From Diplonema japonicum (Eukaryota > Protista > Euglenozoa: Diplonemea), in assembly GCA_964019335.1 (NCBI GenBank), contig OZ025665.1:248001-312000 (forward strand): a DNA stretch of 64,000 nucleotides, read 5' to 3'. The position numbers and the translations under genes were made by a program. The notes under the pieces are model-generated. The model had not been told where the DNA came from. It made no database searches and saw only the letters and a program-made list of their open reading frames with translations. Of this stretch, positions 1 through 12,220 are shown in pieces (position 1 is the first letter of the stretch; each line of letters opens with the position of its first letter).

Positions 1-3000
1 TAAAAGCACCTAGCAGTGAGTGCATATGGATATCTGTCAAAGAAGACTTTGAGAGGTCCATGTGTTCCTGTAGTGGTAACGGGCTACGAAGGCATACCGT
101 GGCAGGGTCGTTGGACAAGACACGGGGAATCACCTCCTGGAGCCTTCCCCGTAAACTCTCTCCAGGTACAATGTAGATTTTCTTCTTGTTACGAAATGAT
201 GCCGGATGTGTGGTTTTAATCCATTCCTGCGCAAAGGTCTTCACAGACACCACATCTTCAGTCGGCAGAAGCGGTTTGCTTTCAATTGCAGGCAGCATCG
301 GCTTTGCGGGTGGTACGTGACTGTTGAGCTGTTGCATTGTTGAATTAGCGGAATCTCTGCGTTGTGCCTGCTTCAACCGCCTTGAGATGTAGTTCCCTTG
401 GAACTCATTGCACCTCTCTTCGGGGGTCAGATCCTTTCTCCGCAGTTTTTCCTTCAGCACCAACTGGTACGCTTCTTTCTTGGTTGCCATGTACCTCTCT
501 TTCCAGCTGTTCCGCTTTTTTTCGTGTCGAGTCATCAGTGCCTCTCGCTCTTCCAATTCGTGCTGCAGGCGCTTCTGGTGGGCGATCCGCTTTTCCTCCC
601 ACACTCTTTGTCCCGTTTTGATGTGCATTTCCTTGACGCTTGCGGGGGCTAAAACCACGATTTGTTGTCGGGCGTCCTCTTCCTCTTCTTCGATCTGGAT
701 GTGTAGTGCGCAATGTCTAATCCAATCCATACCTTTGCTCTCCTTGATAATGCGTCGTTCTCTGCCGTGTTTCGTTCTTGTGCCTGCTTCGAGACGAATG
801 CTGTGTAAGTTTTCTTCCATTCAGCCTGCAGCTCTAAATCGATTGCGTACATGAGATCGATCTCATGCCGCGCTGTCATGTTGCATTGGTTAAGCCGCTC
901 CTGTTTGATTCGCATCTTGGCTGCGACCTTTCCCTTTATGGTCTCGTGCTCTGCTACCAACGAAAGCTTCTCTTCTGTCTCCACATCTTCCACATCGCCG
1001 CGGGACACTCCTTCCTCAGTCATGGTGACATGGGACTCTTGGATGAGCATTCTCAGGATCTTGTCCTCCCACGCCTGTTTCTCTTTCCAAATAACTTGCC
1101 TCTGTCGCAACAACGGCCTGACGACAGACCTCGTCACTGCACCAAGCCATACACGCTGCATCAGTTTCAAAGCAATCCTCCTTTGTAGAATGAGGATTCT
1201 TGCCCACTTCCGTGTAAGTCGCCCCCTCCATGCGCTTTGAATCTTTATGGCGTTCTTGATAGGCCCTTCAGATAGCTTCTGTACCTTGCGCCGCCCTTTC
1301 ATCGCTCGCCCTGTTTCCTGTAGCATCGTCACAGCATTGAAGAGCTTGCGAGTGTGGTACTGTTCAGAGACGAGAAGCCGCACAAAGAGCCCTCTGCAGC
1401 ACCTGCGAAGCATGCCCTTCGCGTAGTTTCTCCCATCGATCTTCTTGTGGAACCGTTTCCTTTCCATATGCCCTTTCCAAAACGCGGAGATGGTTGTCAC
1501 GGCTTCTCGCGCACGCACAATGAAGGCAGTGTACCATTTCTGCATCTTGTAGGCGCGCCATCGTGTCTGGATGATGGATGCCATGTGGTTCACATGCTCG
1601 AAAAGCTTTCGCCGTTTCTCGTTTTCCAAGCTCACCCGCGTCAGGTGCCCGCGAACCATCTTTTGGATGTCAGTCGCGCTGTAGTTCTGTTGCTCTAGGG
1701 CGGTTCGCAGTTCTCTTGCCTCGTTCCTTGCGGCATGCAAACGTGCTTGTTCCTTCCGGGAGTACCTACATTTTACGTGTCTTTGTGTAGTTGACACTTT
1801 AGCAACGTAAGTACACCATGTCTGCTTGAAGGCCTTGTGATACGTATGGTATCGAAACATTACTTGGATTGCATGAGCTGCGGACATTTGCCGTTTGACG
1901 CTCTGCCGTGCCTGCCAACCTCTGTACCACCTTTGGAGCATCATGATAGCGGTGTCCTCCATGGCTACGTAGTGCAATGCTAGCTTGCGCTGTAGCATTT
2001 CTGTGTACTCCCTCCTGACTAGATGGCCGCGGAACACGCGGGAGATTGTATTGGAGGCTGCAACGCGCATCTCCAAGCGCCGCTCTAACCTGTTGACTAG
2101 AAGCATGTTTTTGAAGGCCTTGCGTTGCCGCCAGCCTTTGAAGACTGCCTGCACTATGCATGCTGACTTTGTGATCCGCTTTTTTCGCCGTTCTCTGCCC
2201 TGTCGTCTTTTGTTCACCCCTCTCCAGTTTGCTTGGATCGCTTTAGCCGCCTTCTCCTGTTCCTGTTTGACAAGCATTGTCTTCTTCCTGTCTGACTTCC
2301 CTCTCCACTTGGCCTGGATGAGTGTCACGGCTTGATCATCAGACAGCTCAGATCTGCAAAGCTTCAGCAAGGCAGATCTGGTCACCTTCATGCGTTGCTT
2401 GCTGTTCTGCAATACCCTCTGCGCTAATGTCATTTTGGTCTTTTTCGTCTGTTCTGTTCGACGGGCCTTCCCGCTGGTGCGAATCCTGCACACCTTTCTC
2501 TTGGTGAAGTCCAAAGGTCCTAGCTCAAACAGCTTCCCCTTCAGTCTTCTATGCATCTCCATTTGCACCCTCTCGCAGCTCACAAGGTATCGCCGTCGCA
2601 GCACAGCTTTGTAAAAGTCCTGAATTTCCACCGCTGCTTTCCATCTCCTCCTCCTCTCCCATGCCTCTCGTTCCATCACCACACGTAATTGCCTTCGCTT
2701 TCTCTCCTGCAGCTCGGCCAGAGCCCTTGCTATCCCCAGTTTGCCTCGCCACCATTCTTGGATGAGCAAACAGTACTTTAACAATATCGCATACTCGTGA
2801 CCCATGAAGCGCCTCGAGAAGTAAGCCCTCCCCATACGGGACAGTATTAAGTTTCCCTCAGTAACCTCTCTCCTGTACCGCACCGCGTAAGCTTGTGCTT
2901 GCCTGCCTCTGACTATTCTTTGAATGAACACAGCTGCAACGTTTCTGTCTTCGTTGTAAGTGTTCTCTTGCATCTGTTGTAGTCTGCTCGCAGCAAGTGC

Positions 3001-5385
3001 TTTAATAGGGTAACGAACCCTTGCATGGTGCCCACGCCATCGTGTCTGCAGCTTTAGGGCCGCATCGCCACCAATGACTGACCACTTGTCCGTGATCATA
3101 TCTGTCACGAGCGATGACTGTCCAGCAACAGCACCAAGAAAGTACGAGCTTTGCTCTTTAGACTGTACTTCAGTGACTACCTCAGACCGAACCATCTGCA
3201 GGGAGGTCAAGTTTGTCGTGTCGAGAAGCTGCCACGTCTGCAGATCCTTCTGTTGCACGTCACTGCATGGAGAAGCTGCGGGCTCCAAAGGATCTAGACT
3301 CCCACTAAACAGCAGCTCACCTAAAGGGCCCAGCTGCCACTCCCCGTCGCCGCGAGTAGGGGACTGCACGCGCTCTACGTATGTCTGGCTGCGTAACTCG
3401 CGATTGATTACTCGTCTCTTGCATTGCAACTGGGCCTTCTTTTTAGCCAAAGGGCTAGTCACAACCTCAGAGTCAAACTGACTTAAAAGCTCAGTTTGAA
3501 CGCTCTGTGCATCAGCACGACTGTCCTGTTCTTTAGATTCAGGAATCAGTATTGCAGCCAGTACGTCGAGATGCCCGCCGCACAAATATGCCACGAGACT
3601 CAGTCCCTCTGGGTACGTGACAGGGATGCAGAACTCTTCGAACGCTTTCAGGTGCTTATATGAGGAAAGGAAGGGCTTAGCCGTAGTCATGAGCAGCGCT
3701 AGCTTTCTGTTGTTTGCTCGTTTGGCTGCATGCATTTCGACGGACAGAGCATGCTTGCGCTCTTTTCTCTCGCTGAACAGAATGGCAGCACGCTGAGACT
3801 TCTCGTCGTCTACGACCACCGGGCATGCGGCTGTGATAGCTGTCACTTCCCTCTGCCACTTGTCGCAGATGACGTCCAGGACTCTGGACTGCTCTGTCTC
3901 GTGCCTGACGATCCTTCGGCGCTGTTCAGCCTCCTTGAAGGTTATGAACTGCCGCATCCGCATCAAGGAACTTGTCATCTTTTCTTTAAGCTGGGTGATA
4001 GATAGCTTGAGATTGCGTAATAGATGAAGCCTTGTCTTGCGCTCCTCAGTGGCTAGAGTCATGAAGGGCAGGCTCGCTTTAAGCGCGCGTTGCCAACTCT
4101 GGATTGTGACCACTGCTACGTGCCGTGTCTTAGCTGACACACGCCCCTTGCTACCGCGCCACATACGCTGCACATTCTCAGCTGCAATGTTTTCACTGTC
4201 GTAAATGCTCCTCTCGATTTCTTCCCCCTCTTTGCGGACGCGCACGCCCTTCAAATATCTTACTCTCCTTGAAGAACATATGCATCTAATGAACCTCTGC
4301 AGCACCAATGCAGCAAAAATCCTTTTTTTTTCAGTCCATGCACTGATTAACCCCTTTCTTAGCTTCTTCTGCCCCTTGCCAGCGCCCTTCTTTTTGAATT
4401 TCCGTTCACGGGTCCGATCCTTCCGTGGTCTTTGTTTTAGCCTCTTTGCAAACGCTTTCAATCTTGCTTTTTTGCATTTGGGGAGCTTGAATACTCCCAT
4501 TATCTTAGAATCGCCAGCGAATGCCCTAACGACGGGGACGGTGGTGACAACGATCGACGACTCGGAGACGTAAGGCACGTGGTCCTCGAGCGTGATGCCT
4601 AGTGAAGAACATAGAGCTGAGATGAATGCAGCCGGGGCGGTGACAGCAGCCTGCTTGAGGATGACCGAAGGTATGGGGTTGGACATGGTATGCGATTGCT
4701 CTGAGAGGACGTCCCACATGGTCGGCTGGCTGCAGAGGGTTGACAAGAGCCGCGGGAGAGCATCGCTGAGGGAGAGGCCCTGCGTTGTCGCGTCGAGCAT
4801 CAGCGCTTCGGTGCACAGAGAAGTCACTGCATGCAGCGTTGTGACGCTGCCCTCCTTTTGTATATTATTTGATCTAAGCAGCGCGCACTTGCTGCCATAA
4901 CGCAGGCCAGTTGTGCTCAGTACAGAGATGTTCGGCCACGTGGTAGGGCGTAGCCGTTCACCATGTGGCGGGCATGCGGTGACCGCAAACATCTCGGAGT
5001 GTATCCTCACCAGGCACCTCAGCGGGGCAGAGGCGGGCAACGGTACTTTTTCGTTCACGCTCTTCTCCCCCAACAGTAGTGCTATGTTACTTGCTGAAGG
5101 GTTGCACTTGCACACTTCTAACCCCTCTTCTTGACTGCACCTTAATGCAATATCGTGGAATGAACCCCGGGGCACTGCATTCCAGTACCACCGACCTGAG
5201 CCACCCTTGGCGTATACCTCGTCCGCAGATGCCACTCTTCCTTTGTCGGTATTCTTAAATAGCGTGTCATAGTACAGTGGCTCAAGGGGCTCCGTGCCCC
5301 CGCAGCATGCCCACTCACTAGGCACCGGCACCGCCATCTCAGTTTCTAATGCTAATCCTGTAAGTGCCTGAGTAACAGCAAACAA
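1..5385 (-). CDS. Large IQ-motif (calmodulin-binding) repeat / coiled-coil protein, ASPM-like repeat content; probably runs off the window start after a 1-nt frameshift near 770
   Basis: ORF 649..5385 has many IQxxxRGxxxR motifs (VQRMWRGSKGR, LQTRWRGHHAR, IQAKWRGKSDR, IQKMVRGHLTR, IQSAWRGRLTR). A second minus frame (KHGRERRIIKE...HIQIEEEEEDARQQ...) is open from about 775 to base 1, which suggests a lost A in the run at 770-772. The start codon is uncertain (TTG called). Confidence 0.8.
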
Positions 5386-5440
5386 ATGTCTTTTACAACA
5401 GGGCTGAGATCACAGCTGTAAAGCTGTAGAAACTGCCTGG

Positions 5441-6610
5441 TTATTTTACTTCACACACAAGATGCAGGTCAGCCAAGGCAGACGGCGGCTGTGAGAGGTT
5501 GGGAGGTGTGTAAATGATAGATGTTGGCCCGTTGCAAACAGGCTCAAAGTCCTTTGGGAGTACTGGAGGCTGTGGCCAGGCAGTAGCATCGGACAAGATG
5601 AGAAGATAGAGGCCAGGGGGCAGGGCGGGTGGGAGGAGGATGGATAGAACAAGCTTTCCCTCCTGTATTTCCGAAAAGGTGCCTACAGGGTTGGGGGGCT
5701 CTTCCTGCGGGGTCTTGTCCTGACCATTTTCGCTAAAAGCGTTCCAACACGCTGCGGTGCCAAGAGATATCTGAACAGGTACCTTGATAGCTGAGGCCTT
5801 GCGGACGGCTGCTACATCGTTGGGGCGCAAGCTGCCTCGTGGCTTCGCGCTTTTGTGCAATGACGCTTTAATCTTTCGGTACCCGTGTGCTGTGTCTAGC
5901 ACGAGGATGGCCGGGGTGGGACTCTTTCGCAGGGAAATCGTGTCGGTTTTCAACTCGGTTACTTCCGACGCTTGCGTCACGCTGGCCACCTTGATCTGCC
6001 CTGCTGCCATGTCCCTGTCGTAGTCGTAGGTATGGTGACTGGTGATGGTGTTGAAGGTAAGCTGGCCGTTGCCGGTACGCTGGTTAGCCTCGAAGGTGCC
6101 TTTGAAAGTGATGCCTGTAGCAAGAGAGACTGTTGCAGTGCCGTTGAGGACACCGTGGGAAAAAGTGCCCTCCCAAGTGCTGGAAGCGAAGCTGAGGACG
6201 CCTTGGCCGGTGATGGCATTGCGTGTGAAGGATCCTGTGTAGGAATAGTTGGACGGGGTTGCTAGGGTGCCGAGACCGTGCTTCCACCCTTCCGACCACT
6301 CGCCGGTGTACTTCGCACCGTCGATGCTGGTGAAGGTTCCCTTCCCGTGGGGCTCGCCTTCTAGGAACTCGCCTTCATAGCGTCCACCGTCAGGCCATGC
6401 CTTAGTGCCCATCCCTGTCATCTCCCCCTCATGAAACTCACCTTCGTATCTAGTCCCGTCACCCAAGACTAGCACACCCAAGCCATGCTTCACATTCTTC
6501 TTCCACCCTCCAGTGTATTTGAAGAACCTATTATCGTACACGAAGGTCCCGTGCCCGTGCTTGAAGCCGTCTCGCACTTCACCTGTGAAGTGGTCTTTCT
6601 TGGTCATCAT
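5441..6610 (-). CDS. MORN-repeat protein
   Basis: Tandem MORN repeats (YTGGWKKNVKHGLG, YEGEFHEGEMTGMG, YEGEFLEGEPHGKG, YTGEWSEGWKHGLG) in a 389-aa ATG-initiated ORF. Confidence 0.9.
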   Translation of the reverse strand: MMTKKDHFTGEVRDGFKHGHGTFVYDNRFFKYTGGWKKNVKHGLGVLVLGDGTRYEGEFHEGEMTGMGTKAWPDGGRYEGEFLEGEPHGKGTFTSIDGAKYTGEWSEGWKHGLGTLATPSNYSYTGSFTRNAITGQGVLSFASSTWEGTFSHGVLNGTATVSLATGITFKGTFEANQRTGNGQLTFNTITSHHTYDYDRDMAAGQIKVASVTQASEVTELKTDTISLRKSPTPAILVLDTAHGYRKIKASLHKSAKPRGSLRPNDVAAVRKASAIKVPVQISLGTAACWNAFSENGQDKTPQEEPPNPVGTFSEIQEGKLVLSILLPPALPPGLYLLILSDATAWPQPPVLPKDFEPVCNGPTSIIYTPPNLSQPPSALADLHLVCEVK

Positions 6611-7231
6611 TTTTTTTTTTTTTTTTTTTAATTATCGTTCTTTTTTTTTTTTTTTTTTCCCTCCCCGATGGAGTAGAAAGGAACGCGAAGACATGGAAAA
6701 CAAATAACTCTTCCTTTTTTCTTTTTTTCTTTTTTGGTTCATAAGACATGTCAGCGTTCGGCTCGGAGTGAGAGAGATATGGAGGGGGAAAAAAAGGGGG
6801 GGGGGGGAAGATGAAAATGGAAATTCAAAAAAAAAAATGACCCCCCCAAAGAAAAACGTTCGTAAGAAAAGGAGAGAGAACAAACTAAACATTTAAAGGC
6901 TAGCGCTGTTTTTTGCGCTCACCAGCTACGACATCTTCCTCTGGTCTGGTAGATTTCCCGAATATTTCGGAAACCCTTTCCAGAATTTTTCGCTACCTCC
7001 GTCTGATCTACAAGAACCAAAAAGCGGAACGGCACGGCACATCTTTGTTAGGGCTTAATAATTTGGGTTCTAACCAGGTCTGTTTGTGCCCAGGTGACAG
7101 TTGGTCTCCGCCGCCGGCCAAGGTTTGTATTGTTCTGTCTGCGCCGAGAACCCATCACCCTGGAAAAAAAAGAAAGAAAGAAAGAAAGAAAGAATAGGGA
7201 AATTGTATCTTCCTTGCAGAGAAAATCGGAT

Positions 7232-7264
<33 letters not shown>

Positions 7265-7713
7265 CCATCCCTTTTTTTTCCATTTTTTTTAATCTTCCTT
7301 TCTTTTTTTTAATAGCAGTTTAACACCCCATATACACCACCACCCATTTTTTTCTTATTTATCTTTCTTCCTCCATGGTATCCTATGCTCTACTACCTTT
7401 TTTTTTTTTCTTTGCCGTAATACGCCAAATGTTCTGTTCCATGCCCATTCTCCTCGTTGGTCCTCTTTCTTTCTTTCTTTCTCCCCTTTCCTCTTTTTTC
7501 CGTACACGATCGATGAATAACCGAAACGGGAATAGAAAGAATGTGGGGGGAGAACAAAAAAAGAATACACTTAGAACTCGAAGAAGAAGGGTGGGATAAA
7601 TCGAACAAAAAATCTTTAATAAAAAAAAAAAGAAAAAAAAGTCTTTGTATGAACGTCGGCAGGAAAGAGGGGGGAGGGGGGGACACAAACAAAAAGGAAA
7701 CAAATTGATTTGT

Positions 7714-9318
7714 TCAAGGGCAGGACGCGGAGTGGCAGCTGTAGTAAGCAGAGACCTCGTCATGGAGTGACTGCTTCACGGCAGCGGTGAGAGCAGTGTA
7801 AAGGTTTGTGATCTGGTAGGGGTCAGAAGTGATGTCATAGTATTCATTGAAAACAACAGAAGAGGCGTTCCATGCCCAAGTGGGGTCGTACTCGATGTAC
7901 TGAGTGTTGTGTGTGGCATTGATGGTACGCAGAGCACGCCACGTGTTGGAGTGGGTGGAGTCAACAAAGTAGCAGTTCCCGTCGCCCTCGCCCGTAGACT
8001 CGACGCAGGTGCTGGGCACCCCCGAGGGACCCCTTGGGAGGGGGCCACCACATTTACTCTCGTACCCCTCTGGAGCCCAGCATGGCGAGTGGTCGTTGTA
8101 GTACGTCCCTACTGACTCGTACTCGTTCAGCCACTTAGTCCTCCATTCCCCCCCACTCCCCTTCAGCACCCCCGCCATCGACTTCCCATCCACCAGCCCT
8201 GGGACTTCCACCCCCACCAGTTCCAAAATCGTCGGCAGCAGGTCGACATTCCCCGCCACCGCGTCCACCACCTTCCCTGCAGGAATGCCAGGCCCCTTCG
8301 CGATAAAAGGCACGCGCACGTCCGTTTCGTACGGGTGCTGCTTCGACACACCCACACGCCACTGCCCGAACTTGTACCCGTGGTCCGAAGCGTAGAAGAA
8401 GTACGTGTTGTCCAGTTGGTTGTACTTCTCAACAAGGTCGTGCACTGCCTGCAGCAAGTCGTCCACAGAGGCCAACGATGACCACCTGTCGCGGAAGTGC
8501 TGGTCCTCCCAACACTTCACGGTGTCGGTGAGGGGCGGGTTCTGCCTGATGTGCTGCGTCTTATCAGGTGATGATATGTTGTAGTTAGGAGTGACGGGTG
8601 CTCCCACAGTGTCCCATAGGTGCTCGTACCAAGGGGCAGGCGTGGCGGGGAAGTGCGGAGCGTGAGGACCAAGGTACAAGAAGAAGGGGTGCTCAGGGTC
8701 GTACGTTTTGAGCACAGACTCAAGCCACAGGGTGCTGCGGTTCCCTATTTGGGTGGTCTGGTACGGGGTGCCGTAGATAGGATTGCTGGCGTCAATGGTC
8801 TCGGTGTAGGTAGTTCCGTTGGGGAAGTACCTGAAGTAGGTGAGCCCCATGTAGTCATTGTAGTTCAGAGGGGAGTCGATGTAGGTCGCAGACTTGTGGT
8901 CCACAAGGTTTTTCAGTTGGAAGCTCTGGTCGTTTGTAGTCTTCCCGAACACGCCAGTCGTGTAGCCGTGGTTCGTGAGGAGACCGAACATCCCCTCGTT
9001 AGGGAGGCCCACGTGCGTAGTGTTTGCGTGCATGCACCCCTGTCCGCCAGCACCCCTCACATTGTGGAAGTATCTCCCTGTGAAGTACTCCGTCCTCGAC
9101 GGGCAGCAGATTGGTGTGTTCACAAAATAGTTTGACATCCGCGTCCCCTCATCCATTAGCAGCTTCTGCACCACAGGCTGGCTTGCAAGACTCCCAAAGT
9201 CCGTGTACCCGTCCTTCCCTAGTTTTGTGTCTTGGTCGTCTGTCAGGATGAAAACGACATTCGGCTTGCCCTCTGCCACCGCAAAGAGACAGAACGTGGC
9301 TACAAGCGGTCGGAACAT
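7714..9318 (-). CDS. Secreted/lysosomal formylglycine-dependent sulfatase, N-acetylglucosamine-6-sulfatase-like
   Basis: Hydrophobic signal peptide, PNVVFILTDDQD, catalytic CCPSR...TGRY motif, PHAPH, SDHGY, NVDLLPTILEL. Confidence 0.92.
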   Translation of the reverse strand: MFRPLVATFCLFAVAEGKPNVVFILTDDQDTKLGKDGYTDFGSLASQPVVQKLLMDEGTRMSNYFVNTPICCPSRTEYFTGRYFHNVRGAGGQGCMHANTTHVGLPNEGMFGLLTNHGYTTGVFGKTTNDQSFQLKNLVDHKSATYIDSPLNYNDYMGLTYFRYFPNGTTYTETIDASNPIYGTPYQTTQIGNRSTLWLESVLKTYDPEHPFFLYLGPHAPHFPATPAPWYEHLWDTVGAPVTPNYNISSPDKTQHIRQNPPLTDTVKCWEDQHFRDRWSSLASVDDLLQAVHDLVEKYNQLDNTYFFYASDHGYKFGQWRVGVSKQHPYETDVRVPFIAKGPGIPAGKVVDAVAGNVDLLPTILELVGVEVPGLVDGKSMAGVLKGSGGEWRTKWLNEYESVGTYYNDHSPCWAPEGYESKCGGPLPRGPSGVPSTCVESTGEGDGNCYFVDSTHSNTWRALRTINATHNTQYIEYDPTWAWNASSVVFNEYYDITSDPYQITNLYTALTAAVKQSLHDEVSAYYSCHSASCP

Positions 9319-9373
9319 GGTACCTGCTGTGCAATTTACAAAATGTAAGAACCTCTAAATCAAGAGAAACAAA

Positions 9374-11485
9374 TCACAAGTTCAAACACGCAAAAGCGGA
9401 CCCTAAAGTAGGTACCATAATGTGTATCAAGGTATCTTGGGGTACTGGCTGGGCGTACGGATGGAGCCAATCCTCGGCGGTATGAAGGAAATGCTCAAAG
9501 GTCGGGGAGAGAAGGGCTTCCCAGTCGGGCTGTGCAGTGGCGGGAAGGTGCAGGTAGATGTCGAGAGGAAGGAGCATTGCCTGCAAGACTGTGAGACCAG
9601 TGAAAGCTGTGCCGCGTGTAAGGGGCTGCAGGCTTACCCAGTAGTAATAGCATTTCAGGGCAGCTCGCACAGAATGTTTCTCGTTGTAACAGTTGAGTGC
9701 ATCAGCCAGCAGCTTGCTGTACTCCTCTGTCCTTGAAGGGCAGCATGCTGTTCGTATCCCAAGTGTGTACCCATTGCTCCCCCTGGTCAGACACACCCTG
9801 ACGCCTTCCATGCCATCACAGCCTAAAACCACAACCAGATCCCTCCCCATCACACTGTGCACTTCTTTTACGCACGCTGCTCTCTCCACAACCTCGCTCT
9901 GCTCATCGGTCATTACGTACTGCTTCTTCAATTCATGTCTGAACACTTCAAAACACCTTCTAAAGTACATCGCGTACTTTCCCACCTTTCCGCCGTCAAG
10001 CAGCAAAGGGGTCTGCAGCCCTAGCCCGTCAGCCGTCAGGTTCTCCGTCCAGAAAACAGCGTCAAGCCTGTCAACTACCTGCCGCCATTTCACGACCGTT
10101 TGGTACAGTTCCCGCCAAGTGCCGTAAGACTCAACGCCAGCATGGAAGATCTCCAAGCACGCCATGCCAGCTGCGCGGTGGTGCCTCTCGTTTTTTAAGA
10201 ACCCTTTGCAACTGTACTGCACGAACCCCCCTAGCCTCTGTGCTGTCTTGATCTCTTTCAGTGTGACGGTTGTCGAAGGTGCCTCACCCCAGTCCGCGTT
10301 TGCCTGTCTCAGCTGCCGATCTGTCTTCTTGCTCAAGTTTTCCATGAATTGTGCACTGAAGTGAGTATCATATCCGAAATCTTCCCACGCCACCCCCCAG
10401 TGGCCTGCCTCCCATTCGGCCAACTCTTGCAAATGCGAAGCGAAGTGTGGCATGCCGATCTTGGAGTAGGCAGCAACAGCCTCCGATAGCCTGCCCAACC
10501 CATGAAGGGACGCTGCAGCCAGGAGCCGTGCATCGAGCGTTGTGTAATCTGCAGAATCGGCAATGCAGCCAAAAAGATCGCCTGCTTGGTACTTTAGGAA
10601 GCCTCGCAGGTGGGCAGCTTGCGGAGAATCACAGCAAGAAGGCTGTGAGAGGACATCGAGCGCTGCTTTGAAGTTTCCGAGTTCTTTGTAACACTTCGCG
10701 AGGCTGATGCATGCGGGTACGGTGCGCGACTCGAGGGGTGTCTTCAGAAGGGTGTTCACAGCTTGCATGTGCAGCCCGCAATGTGCCTCGCATGTACTGA
10801 TAAGCTCCAGGTCTGATGTGCGCTGTGCGTGCTGAAGAGCTTGCTGGTATTCGCCTTCTTCGATGCTGGTGACTGCCAAGAGACGGAAGACACCTTGCTG
10901 TTCGTCAGGCGGCACTTCGGGTAGAATAAACTGGAGGTCGTGCATTGCACCCTGTGTTTCGCCTGCTTTAAGGCGTGTCTTGGCACGAGCAAGGACTGCG
11001 GCTGTGATGTCGACACCTTGTGGCGGCTTAGCATCTGAGAAGAAGGTCTTCGGAACGTGCCCTTCAGTCAGGTCGAACAGCGTGTAGTCGGTAGGCTTCT
11101 CGTTGAGAACACTGCCTGTCTTTCCTTCTAACGTGTGGAGCAAGCACTGTGCTGTCACTCTTGTATACTCCTCGATGTCCCCACCCAGCAGCACCTTCTC
11201 TGCGTCACTCCGTGCATGCTTTACCATCCCAAGTTCGTAGAAGCAGCGTGCCCTGTTCAGCAGGGCCTTTCCCTCATCCCGTGCCCCCCCTCCGCACTTC
11301 ACTGCTTCGTCATAGCACCGCTTCGCCCTCGGCAGGTCCCCTTCACGCATCGCGGTGTTCCCTTCAAGGCATTTCCCATGCATCCTTATTTCATGTCCTG
11401 TGGTGACTGGTGCAGCGGGTCCTTTTGAGTTCTCCGGAAAACAGAAAATGGAGTTAGAGAGGTTTCCAAAAGAAAAGCGATGCAA
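9374..11485 (-). CDS. TPR-repeat protein, TTC13/SRFR1-like
   Basis: N-terminal TPR helices (ALLNRARCFYELG, LAKCYKELGNFKAAL). The C-terminal YYWVSLQPLTRGTA...QPDWEALL resembles the conserved TTC13/SRFR1 C-terminus. The real start is probably the internal ATG (MHGKCLEG). Confidence 0.75.
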   Translation of the reverse strand: MHRFSFGNLSNSIFCFPENSKGPAAPVTTGHEIRMHGKCLEGNTAMREGDLPRAKRCYDEAVKCGGGARDEGKALLNRARCFYELGMVKHARSDAEKVLLGGDIEEYTRVTAQCLLHTLEGKTGSVLNEKPTDYTLFDLTEGHVPKTFFSDAKPPQGVDITAAVLARAKTRLKAGETQGAMHDLQFILPEVPPDEQQGVFRLLAVTSIEEGEYQQALQHAQRTSDLELISTCEAHCGLHMQAVNTLLKTPLESRTVPACISLAKCYKELGNFKAALDVLSQPSCCDSPQAAHLRGFLKYQAGDLFGCIADSADYTTLDARLLAAASLHGLGRLSEAVAAYSKIGMPHFASHLQELAEWEAGHWGVAWEDFGYDTHFSAQFMENLSKKTDRQLRQANADWGEAPSTTVTLKEIKTAQRLGGFVQYSCKGFLKNERHHRAAGMACLEIFHAGVESYGTWRELYQTVVKWRQVVDRLDAVFWTENLTADGLGLQTPLLLDGGKVGKYAMYFRRCFEVFRHELKKQYVMTDEQSEVVERAACVKEVHSVMGRDLVVVLGCDGMEGVRVCLTRGSNGYTLGIRTACCPSRTEEYSKLLADALNCYNEKHSVRAALKCYYYWVSLQPLTRGTAFTGLTVLQAMLLPLDIYLHLPATAQPDWEALLSPTFEHFLHTAEDWLHPYAQPVPQDTLIHIMVPTLGSAFACLNL

Positions 11486-11810
11486 TCAACGGGAAAAGGG
11501 AGGAAGAAATAAAGGCTACGTAATTGTAGAGAGAGAAAGAGAGAGGGGGACAAAAAAAAGAGAAGGGTCCTGCTTCAAAATAAGTAAAACGCCCTGAGTG
11601 TTGCCAACTTTGATTAATAATTAAACTAGTTGTTCAGCAAAGAAAGTCCGGAGACAGAAGAGAAGAGAAAGAAAGAAAAAAAAGAAATACCTAAAAAGGT
11701 AATAACTAACAATGCTAGTGTCGTGCAATACAGTGAATGGTGGCACCTCCTTTGCTAAGATGACAGGGGTGTCAAGTACTGGTTGTTGCATACAAAAAAG
11801 GACGGGAAAT

Positions 11811-12046
11811 GAACAACGTACAGCCGAAGCTAAAGTGTCTGTATTTACACTTTTGTACCCGTTTGTACCTCCTGCTACACATTTTCATTTTTCTTTCTTT
11901 GAGCTTCAGATAGAAAAGGAACAACGTACAAAGCCGAAGCTGAAGTGTCGTTAGTTCACACTTTGTACCTGTTCTCTTGCTACACATTTTCTTTTCTTTC
12001 TTTTAGTTTCAGATAGAAAAGGAACACAGCCGAAGCTGAAGTGTCC
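11811..12046. repeat. Degenerate tandem repeat, about 2.3 copies of a ~105-110 bp unit
   Basis: GAACA(ACGTA)CA..GCCGAAGCT(A/G)AAGTGTC recurs at about 11811, 11919 and 12022. TGCTACACATTTTC...TTCAGATAGAAAAGG occurs twice. Confidence 0.8.
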
Positions 12047-12220
12047 TTAAAAAGGGAGAGAGAGGGGGGGCAGCAGGACAAAACCCGCCTGATTGCTGCT
12101 GCAAATTTAGTGTTTTGGTTTTCGCGCGAGAAAAATTCGACACATTTTCCTTCTAGTGCATGGAGTGAATGTGAATGAAATCGAAAAGACAACAGTGGAC
12201 CAAGCGATAAGAAAACAACC

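Noticed and set aside
649-780. Called stop of the IQ protein at 649
   Set aside because: An alternative frame continues as plausible coiled coil to base 1, so this is probably a 1-nt indel artefact.
6610-7710. Short Phe/Lys-rich ORFs in poly-T/poly-A tracts (also 35253-35580 and 30605-30903)
   Set aside because: Low-complexity intergenic, polypyrimidine or noisy sequence with no protein signature.
11811-12046. CRISPR-like array
   Set aside because: The whole unit is repeated with no unique spacers, there are no cas genes and the context is eukaryotic.
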